A DNA stretch of 64,000 nt. It comes from Alphaproteobacteria bacterium. GTDB taxonomy: Bacteria; Pseudomonadota; Alphaproteobacteria; SHVZ01. The stretch lies in the NCBI GenBank assembly GCA_009694025.1, contig SHVZ01000003.1, positions 6,608-70,607 on the forward strand, given 5' to 3'. The notes beneath the pieces were generated by a model that did no database searches, was not told where the DNA came from, and worked only from the letters and a program-made list of their open reading frames with translations. The position numbers were made by a program, and so were the translations under genes. Below are positions 57,892-64,000 of the stretch, one piece after another (within the stretch, counting starts at the first letter, position 1; each line of letters begins with the position of its first letter).

Positions 57892-58426
57892 GCCCGGCTT
57901 CCAGGCGGCGGCGGTAGCGGGCGAGGTCCGGCGTCTTCGCGTTGGCGACCTTCGCGAGGTCGTCCCACTTGCGAAGGCGTAGCGCATCCTCGGCGCCGGG
58001 CATCGCGAGGAATCGCGACGCCTCGTCCGGCGTGAAGGCGCCGCCCTGGACCTTGAGAGAGCGGACGGACTCCTCCGACAGAGCCGCGAAGTAGCCGGGC
58101 TCGGTCGTGACCAGGCAGCGCTTGGCGGCGACGTGCCGGCGGATCGGCTCGACCACCGCCGGGGCGAACCAGCGCGCGAGATACCCGGCGGCGATGTCCT
58201 CGTGCTGGCGGTCGACGCCGGCTTCCGCGGCGCCGTCGGCGTGGCGGTCGACCAGATGGCCGACGTCGTGGAGGAGGGCGGCGGCGATGAGCGTATCGCC
58301 GGCGCCCTCGGCTTCGGCCAGCGCCGCCGATTGCAGCGCGTGCGCGAGCTGGCTCACCGGCTCGCCGCCGTATTGTGCCCGACCCTTGTCGGCGTAGAGT
58401 GCCAGAAGATCGTCGACGATGGACAT
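57872..58426 (-). CDS. HD-domain metal-dependent phosphohydrolase-like protein
   Basis: HD motif LLHDVGH. Confidence 0.6.
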   Translation of the reverse strand: MSIVDDLLALYADKGRAQYGGEPVSQLAHALQSAALAEAEGAGDTLIAAALLHDVGHLVDRHADGAAEAGVDRQHEDIAAGYLARWFAPAVVEPIRRHVAAKRCLVTTEPGYFAALSEESVRSLKVQGGAFTPDEASRFLAMPGAEDALRLRKWDDLAKVANAKTPDLARYRRRLEAGLKPSSS

Positions 58427-58524
58427 ATGCGGTCTCTATGCCACTCATGCTTCGACAGGCTCAGCATGAGGGCTTGGGAGAAAGGACCTCATCCTGAGCT
58501 TGTCGAAGGATGAGGCCTCTTGTT

Positions 58525-59271
58525 CTACTCCTGCGCCATGAACTTCTTGTAGTCGTCGATCACGTCGGCGACCGAGGCCTCGGTCAACTTCTTGCCATGC
58601 TCGGGCGACGCCAGCGACGGGTCGGAGCCGATGCGGCCGTCGGGGAAGGTGCGGCGATAGTCCTCGGCGTCGTAGAAGCCGCGCTTGGCCTTTCCCGTCC
58701 ACTCCATCTGCGCCTTCTTGATGAATTCCGGATAGGCGTATTGGGTGACCGAGACCTCCGAGGCGGTCGCGTGGCTGCCGTCCTTCTCGCCGAAGAGATC
58801 GCTCGCCAGCTTCTTGGTGCGCTCGCCCTCCCACCAGCCGCGCAAGAGGCAGCGGATCGGCGGTTGGTTGGAGCCGCGTTGGTAGCTGGATTCGGCATAG
58901 ATTTCAGAGAAGGCGGCGGTTGTGGTGGCGATGTTGCCGCCATGACCGTTGAGAAAATAGAAGCGCTCGAAGCCGTGGCGGCGGAGCGAGCCGATATAGT
59001 CCTGGATCACCATCATCAGGGTCGAGGGCCTGAGCGCGATCGAGCCGGCGAAGGCGAGATGATGCTGGGCCATGCCGACGGAGATGGTGGGGCCGACCAG
59101 GATGTCCATCTGCTCGCCGACCTTCTTGCCGATGAACTCGGGGCAGATGGCGTCGGTGCCGATGAGGCCGTTCGGCCCGTGCTGCTCGGTCGAGCCGATC
59201 GGGATCAGGATGCCCGGCGACTTCTTCAGGTAGGCCTCGACCTCGGACCAGGTGCACATGTGCAGCAGCAT
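58525..59271 (-). CDS. creatininase-family amidohydrolase
   Basis: The GSTEQHGP..G.D and FLNGHGGN motifs. Confidence 0.75.
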   Translation of the reverse strand: MLLHMCTWSEVEAYLKKSPGILIPIGSTEQHGPNGLIGTDAICPEFIGKKVGEQMDILVGPTISVGMAQHHLAFAGSIALRPSTLMMVIQDYIGSLRRHGFERFYFLNGHGGNIATTTAAFSEIYAESSYQRGSNQPPIRCLLRGWWEGERTKKLASDLFGEKDGSHATASEVSVTQYAYPEFIKKAQMEWTGKAKRGFYDAEDYRRTFPDGRIGSDPSLASPEHGKKLTEASVADVIDDYKKFMAQE

Positions 59272-59353
59272 GGGAGCGCCTCTTGTATCGGGATGCGTCA
59301 CCTTACGGGGCGGTCGTTCCGAGGGGCAAGGGGGGTGTGCTAGCGTCCGGCCC

Positions 59354-60373
59354 ATGACCCAGAACCAGAACCGCCGCATCCTGCTGGCATCGCGCCCGAC
59401 CGGCTGGCCCGAGCCCGCCAACTTCCGACTGGTGACCGAGGCGATCCCAGCGCCCGGAGCGAAGGAGGTTCTCGTCCGCGCGCTCTGGCTTTCGGTCGAT
59501 CCGTACATGCGCGGGCGGATGAGCGCGGCCAAGTCCTACACCAAGCCGGTCGAGGTCGGCGAAGTGATGACCGGCGGCGTCGTCGGCCAGGTCGTCACGT
59601 CGCTCCATCCGGCCTTCAGGCCGGGCGAGATCGTCGAGGGCTCGCTCGGCTGGCAGGACTATGCCGTCGCCGAGGCGTCACTGCTCAGGAAGATCGATCC
59701 CGGGCTGGCGCCGATCCAGACCGCCGTCGGCATCCTCGGCATGCCCGGCATGACCGCCTATTTCGCCTTCCTGGAGGTCTGCCAGCCGAAGGCCGGCGAC
59801 ACCGTCGTCGTCTCCGGTGCGGCCGGTGCGGTCGGCCAGATCGTCGGCCAGATCGGCAAGATCAACGGCTGCCGGGTCGTCGGCATCGCCGGCGACGACG
59901 GCAAGCTGGCGCACCTCAAGCGCGACTGCGGCTTCGATGCGACCATCAACTACAAGACCTCCAACGACCTGCCGGCGGCGGTGACGGCGGCGTGCCCGAA
60001 CGGCGTTGACGTGTATTTTGACAATGTCGGCGGCGCCGTCTCCGAAGCCGTGTTCAACAGCCTGGCCTTCAAGGCGCGCATCGTCATCTGCGGGCAGATC
60101 AGCCAGTACAACCTGGACAAGCCCGATCTCGGCCCGAGAAACCTCCGCTACATGCTGGTCAACCGGGCGCGCATGGAGGGCTTCCTCGTCTGGGACTGGC
60201 GCGACCGCTATCCGGAGGCGATCCGCCGCCTCGCCGGCTGGATCAAAGACGGCCGGATCAAGTACTCCGAGCATGTGGCCGAGGGCCTGGAGAAGACGCC
60301 CGAGGCGTTCATCGCCATGCTCCGGGGCGCCAATCTCGGCAAGGCGCTGGTCAAGGTCGCCGACCCCGCATGA
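59354..60373 (+). CDS. NADP-dependent oxidoreductase of the MDR family (YncB/CurA-like)
   Basis: GAAGAVG cofactor motif; 339 aa. Confidence 0.8.
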   Translation: MTQNQNRRILLASRPTGWPEPANFRLVTEAIPAPGAKEVLVRALWLSVDPYMRGRMSAAKSYTKPVEVGEVMTGGVVGQVVTSLHPAFRPGEIVEGSLGWQDYAVAEASLLRKIDPGLAPIQTAVGILGMPGMTAYFAFLEVCQPKAGDTVVVSGAAGAVGQIVGQIGKINGCRVVGIAGDDGKLAHLKRDCGFDATINYKTSNDLPAAVTAACPNGVDVYFDNVGGAVSEAVFNSLAFKARIVICGQISQYNLDKPDLGPRNLRYMLVNRARMEGFLVWDWRDRYPEAIRRLAGWIKDGRIKYSEHVAEGLEKTPEAFIAMLRGANLGKALVKVADPA

Positions 60374-60383
60374 CGGCCGGCCG

Positions 60384-61007
60384 ATGATCGCTCCCAAGAG
60401 CGATCGCGTCTTCCTCTCAGGCCTGAAGCGCGTCGCCGCCGTCGACCCGGATGTCGGCCGCGCGCTCGACGTCCATGGCCGCCCACCGATCCGTCGGGCC
60501 GAGCCGGGATACGGCGCGCTCTTGCGCATTCTCATCGGCCAGCAGGTCTCGACCCAGGCCGCGGCGGCCATCTGGGGTCGGACGACCGACAGGCTCGGCC
60601 TCTCGCCCACGGCCGAGGCGCTGCTGGCGGCCGGCGACGAGGATCTCCGCGCCTGCGGCTTTTCGCGCGCCAAGGTCGTCCATAGCCGGGCCCTTGCCCG
60701 CGCGATCGCCGAGGGGCGCCTCGATCTCGACCGTGTCCACCGGAGCCCCGATGACGAGGCGATGGCGCTGTTGACGGCGATGAAGGGTATCGGGCCGTGG
60801 ACGGCGCAGATCTACCTGCTGTTCGCGCTCGGCCGGCCCGACGTCTTCCCCGCCGCGGACCTGGCCCTCGCCATCGCCTATCAGCGGATCAAGGGCGGCA
60901 AGGCCCGTCCCGACCCGAAGCGCCTGGCCGAGCTCGCCGAGGCTTGGCGTCCGTGGCGCGGGGCGGTGGCGCACCTTCTGTGGCACGTCTATAAGCAGCC
61001 GCTGTGA
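60384..61007 (+). CDS. alkA: DNA-3-methyladenine glycosylase II (HhH-GPD family)
   Basis: HhH-GPD motif MKGIGPWTAQIYLLF...D; 207 aa. Confidence 0.75.
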   Translation: MIAPKSDRVFLSGLKRVAAVDPDVGRALDVHGRPPIRRAEPGYGALLRILIGQQVSTQAAAAIWGRTTDRLGLSPTAEALLAAGDEDLRACGFSRAKVVHSRALARAIAEGRLDLDRVHRSPDDEAMALLTAMKGIGPWTAQIYLLFALGRPDVFPAADLALAIAYQRIKGGKARPDPKRLAELAEAWRPWRGAVAHLLWHVYKQPL

Positions 61008-62329
61008 GCCCCATCCCCGAGACGTCCCAAGCGCGTGCCGGCGCCATCATCCGGCTCGCCGTGCCGGTCATGCTGACCCGGCTCGGGATGCTGATGTTCG
61101 CGACCGTCGACACCCTGATGCTGGGTCGGCTCTCCGCCGAGGAGCTGGCCTACTTCGCCATCAGCGTGCCGCCGCAGGTGACGGTGATCACCGTCAGCTA
61201 CGGGCTGTTCTCCGGCACCCTCGTGCTGATCGCCCAGGCGCGGGGCGCCGGGCGGCTGGAGGAGATCGGACACGTCTTCAAGATCGCCTCGGCGATGGCC
61301 TTGGTCTTGAGCGTCGTCGTCGGCTACTTCCTGTTCCAGGGCGAGGCGCTGCTGCTCGTGCTCGGCCAGTCGGCGGAGATCGCCCATGGCGGCGGCCGCG
61401 CGATCGAGACCTTCACCATCGGCCTGCCGGCGGTTCTGCTCTCCGCCGTCGCCTCGACGCTCCTCGAAGCGATGGGCCGGCCGCGCGTCGTGCTGATCGC
61501 GGTGATCGCCGGCCTCGTCGCCAAGCTCGGCCTGAACTGGTGGCTGCTCGACGCCCACGGCGCCGCCGGCGCCAACCTCGCCACCTCGATCGTCCGCTGG
61601 GGCATGTACCTGGCGCTCCTCGCCTACATCGCCGGGACCCCGGCGATCGCCCGCCTCGGGGTCTACACCCGGGTCGTCCGCAAGCGGCGGATCACCGTCG
61701 ATCTCCTCAGGCTCGGCCTGCCGTCGGGCCTCTCCCAGGGGCTCGAATCCTCGGCCTTCGGTGCCATGACGATCTTCGCCGGCTGGCTCGGCGCCCACGC
61801 GCTCGGCAGCTATCAGATCGCCCTCAATCTGGTCGCCATGGCGTTCATGATGGCGATGGGGCTCTCGACCGCGACCTCGGTCCAGGTCGGGATGGCCTAC
61901 GGCGCCGGCAACCGGGCGGCGGCAGAGTCCGCTGGCTGGCTCGGCACCGGCATGGTCATCGTCTACACCCTCGTCGCCGGCGCAGTGCTCCTCGGGTTCG
62001 ACCGCCAGATCGCCGGTCTCTATGCCGGCGATCCTGCTCTCGCCGCCGCCGCGGCGGCGGCGATCGTGATCGCCGCCTTCATCCTGCTCCCGGACGGGAT
62101 CCAGGGCGTATTGATGGGCGGGCTCCGTGGTTTCGGCGACGTCAACTGGCCGTCGGCGATGCATCTCGTCAGCTTCTGGGTGGTGACGGTGCCGCTCGCC
62201 CACCACCTCGCCTTCGCCCGCGACTGGGGAACCCACGGGCTCCTCTGGGGCCTGGTCGCCGGGCTCGCCTGCGCGTCCGCGCTGCTGGCCGCCCGCTACG
62301 CGGCTGTTTCCCGCCGGCCCTTGGTCTGA
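61004..62329 (+). CDS. MATE-family efflux transporter
   Basis: 12 TM helices with a MatE duplication. Confidence 0.8.
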   Translation: MSPIPETSQARAGAIIRLAVPVMLTRLGMLMFATVDTLMLGRLSAEELAYFAISVPPQVTVITVSYGLFSGTLVLIAQARGAGRLEEIGHVFKIASAMALVLSVVVGYFLFQGEALLLVLGQSAEIAHGGGRAIETFTIGLPAVLLSAVASTLLEAMGRPRVVLIAVIAGLVAKLGLNWWLLDAHGAAGANLATSIVRWGMYLALLAYIAGTPAIARLGVYTRVVRKRRITVDLLRLGLPSGLSQGLESSAFGAMTIFAGWLGAHALGSYQIALNLVAMAFMMAMGLSTATSVQVGMAYGAGNRAAAESAGWLGTGMVIVYTLVAGAVLLGFDRQIAGLYAGDPALAAAAAAAIVIAAFILLPDGIQGVLMGGLRGFGDVNWPSAMHLVSFWVVTVPLAHHLAFARDWGTHGLLWGLVAGLACASALLAARYAAVSRRPLV

Positions 62330-62346
62330 CGTAAAATCATCCTGAA

Positions 62347-64000
62347 ATGACCCGCCGCAAGACGCCTTCGCGCCCGACCTCGTCCGATGCCGGCGCGTCC
62401 GACGGTCGGCTCCTGCGGGCGGCCCTCGACAGCCTGACCCAGGGCGCCGCCGTCTTCGGCGCGGATCGCCGGCTCCAGGCGTGGAACGAACGTTTTTTCG
62501 ACGTGCTTGAACTGCAGGGGGATCTCCGCCGCCCCGGCACGGGCCTGGCCGAGCTGTTCCGCGCGCTCACCGGACGCGGCGACTTCGGTCCGGGCGATGC
62601 CGACGAGGCGGCGACCCGCGAGGTCGAGCGACTGTTCCTGCCGCCCGATCCCGCCCATTTGCACCTGACCCCGGGCGGCCGGGTGGTCGAGCGACTGCTG
62701 GCGCCGATGGCCGATGGCGGCTTCGTGGTGACGCTGACCGACGCGACCGACCGCCGGCGGGCCGAGCTTCGCCTGATGGAGAGCGAGGAGCGCTACGCGC
62801 TCGCCTCCGCCGGCGCCAATGACGGGCTCTGGGACTGGAACCTCTCGACCAACCGGCTCTATTTATCGCCGCGCTGGAAGCGGATGCTCGGCCTCGCCGA
62901 GGATGACGTCGGCGACGAGCCGTCGGAATGGCTCGACCGCGTGCACACGGACGATCTGGAACGACTGTCGGCCGTGCTCGAAGGCCATCTGGCCGGGCGG
63001 AGCCCGCATTTCGAATCCGAGCACCGGCTCCGCCGCACCGACGACAGCTATCTCTGGGTCCTGGCGCGGGGCCTGGCGGTTCGCGACGGCTTCGGGCGGG
63101 CGACCCGCATCGCGGGATCGCTGACCGATGTCACCGACCGGAAGTACCAGGAAGCACAGGCGCTCCACAACACGCTGCACGACCCCTTAACCCAGCTGCC
63201 CAACCGGGCGCTCTTCCTCGACCGGGTCGCCCAGGCGCTGTTTCGCGCGCGGCGGGCGGGATCGGGCCGCTTCGCCGTCCTTTGTCTCGATCTCGACCGT
63301 TTCAAGCTGGTGAACGACTCCCTCGGCCATCGGCTGGGCGATGAGCTGCTTGCCGCCGTCGGACGGCGGCTCGCCGAGATCGCCGGCGCCGGCCAGACGG
63401 TGGCGCGGCCGGGCGGCGACGAGTTCGCCGTGCTGATCGACGAGGTGGCCGGACCGGTGGAGGCGCGGGCGCTCGCCGAACGGCTCCTCGCCGACCTCAC
63501 GAAGGCCTTCGACATCGACGGGCGCCGCCTGGTGGTCACCGGATCGGTCGGACTCGCCCTCTTCGATCCGGCGTACGAGCGCGCCGAGGACATGATGCGC
63601 GACGCCGAGCTCGCGATGTATCAGGCGAAGTCGCTCGGCAAGGCCCGTGCCGAGCTGTTCCACCCGAGCCTGCACAGCCATGCGGTCCACCTGCTCACGC
63701 TCGAGAACGACCTCCGCCAGGCGATCGGCCGGAACGAGCTGCAGCTCTACTTCCAGCCGATCATCTACCTCAAGACCGGCCGCATCGCCGGCTTCGAGTC
63801 GCTGGCGCGCTGGCGCCACCCGCGCCGCGGGCTGCTCGGGCCGCTCGAGTTCATCACGCTGGCGGAGGAGACCGGCCAGATCGGCCAGATCGGCGCCTGG
63901 GTGCTGGAGGAGGCATGCCGGCGTATGCGCGACTGGCAGGCGCGGTATCCGTCCGATCCGGCGCTCACCATCAGCGTCAACCTCTCGATCCGCCAGTTCA
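62347..64000 (+). CDS. PAS-GGDEF-EAL signalling protein; 3' end lies outside the window
   Basis: My own translation from the ATG at 62347 runs open to the window end. It shows PAS (WDWNLSTNRLYLSPRW), RPGGDEF, and an EAL-domain start (ESLARWRHP). Confidence 0.8.
   Translation, partial: MTRRKTPSRPTSSDAGASDGRLLRAALDSLTQGAAVFGADRRLQAWNERFFDVLELQGDLRRPGTGLAELFRALTGRGDFGPGDADEAATREVERLFLPPDPAHLHLTPGGRVVERLLAPMADGGFVVTLTDATDRRRAELRLMESEERYALASAGANDGLWDWNLSTNRLYLSPRWKRMLGLAEDDVGDEPSEWLDRVHTDDLERLSAVLEGHLAGRSPHFESEHRLRRTDDSYLWVLARGLAVRDGFGRATRIAGSLTDVTDRKYQEAQALHNTLHDPLTQLPNRALFLDRVAQALFRARRAGSGRFAVLCLDLDRFKLVNDSLGHRLGDELLAAVGRRLAEIAGAGQTVARPGGDEFAVLIDEVAGPVEARALAERLLADLTKAFDIDGRRLVVTGSVGLALFDPAYERAEDMMRDAELAMYQAKSLGKARAELFHPSLHSHAVHLLTLENDLRQAIGRNELQLYFQPIIYLKTGRIAGFESLARWRHPRRGLLGPLEFITLAEETGQIGQIGAWVLEEACRRMRDWQARYPSDPALTISVNLSIRQF

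Noticed and set aside
1-64000. CRISPR arrays, IS elements, integrases, prophage genes
   Set aside because: No regularly spaced direct repeats and no transposase or integrase-like ORFs were found. The low-GC patches (gltX tract, nrdJ leader, MarR operator region) carry no mobile genes.

Overview
High-GC chromosomal segment with gene content and synteny typical of an alphaproteobacterium, possibly Rhizobiales-like. It is densely packed with housekeeping genes on both strands. I see no transposase, integrase or phage genes and no CRISPR array; no rRNA gene, and no tRNA could be confirmed (only a tRNA-like T-arm motif in the spacer at 27180..27500). Recognisable content in order: a tightly coupled NAD operon (a 5'-truncated NAPRTase-like gene, a YkgJ-family Cys-cluster gene, nadE) followed co-directionally by gltX and cysS; Pat-type protein acetyltransferase; SemiSWEET; a secreted SNase-like nuclease; an EamA transporter; IMPase-family, IlvD/EDD-family, Kup and Ldh_2-family genes; CinA/PncC; RodA. 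Next, on the minus strand, kynureninase followed 56 bp downstream by a fatty acyl-AMP ligase (FAAL)-ACP-SGNH-like gene that is split by a single in-frame TAG. Then aroQ-accB-accC-aat; a DUF2155/MlaD-like/NDUFA12-like trio; a NUDIX gene; an AT-rich spacer carrying NrdR boxes upstream of the B12-dependent RNR nrdJ; an aminotransferase coupled to an ATC-hydrolase-like gene; small hypotheticals including a second YkgJ paralogue and an unlisted 43-aa Lys-rich ORF; 3-hydroxyacyl-CoA dehydrogenase; a HerA-like DUF853 ATPase; RidA; a DUF482 GNAT; a PAS protein; Bcp; glnE; an AsmA/YhdP-like giant protein; a Dpp-type ABC transporter operon; MarR followed by a His-rich Spy/CpxP/ZraP-like protein behind a perfect 8-N-8 palindrome; an ICMT-like methyltransferase; three tandem EamA paralogues; a DUF1194 gene; an enolase-superfamily dehydratase; an HD protein; creatininase; an MDR oxidoreductase; AlkA-like glycosylase; a MATE pump; and a partial PAS-GGDEF-EAL protein. 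The most unusual items are the interrupted FAAL-ACP-SGNH fusion next to a solitary kynU, a roughly 550-bp low-GC mosaic tract inside gltX, the AT-rich nrdJ leader, the YkgJ gene embedded in the NAD operon, and the triplicated EamA genes. The many long antisense ORFs in the track are high-GC artefacts.
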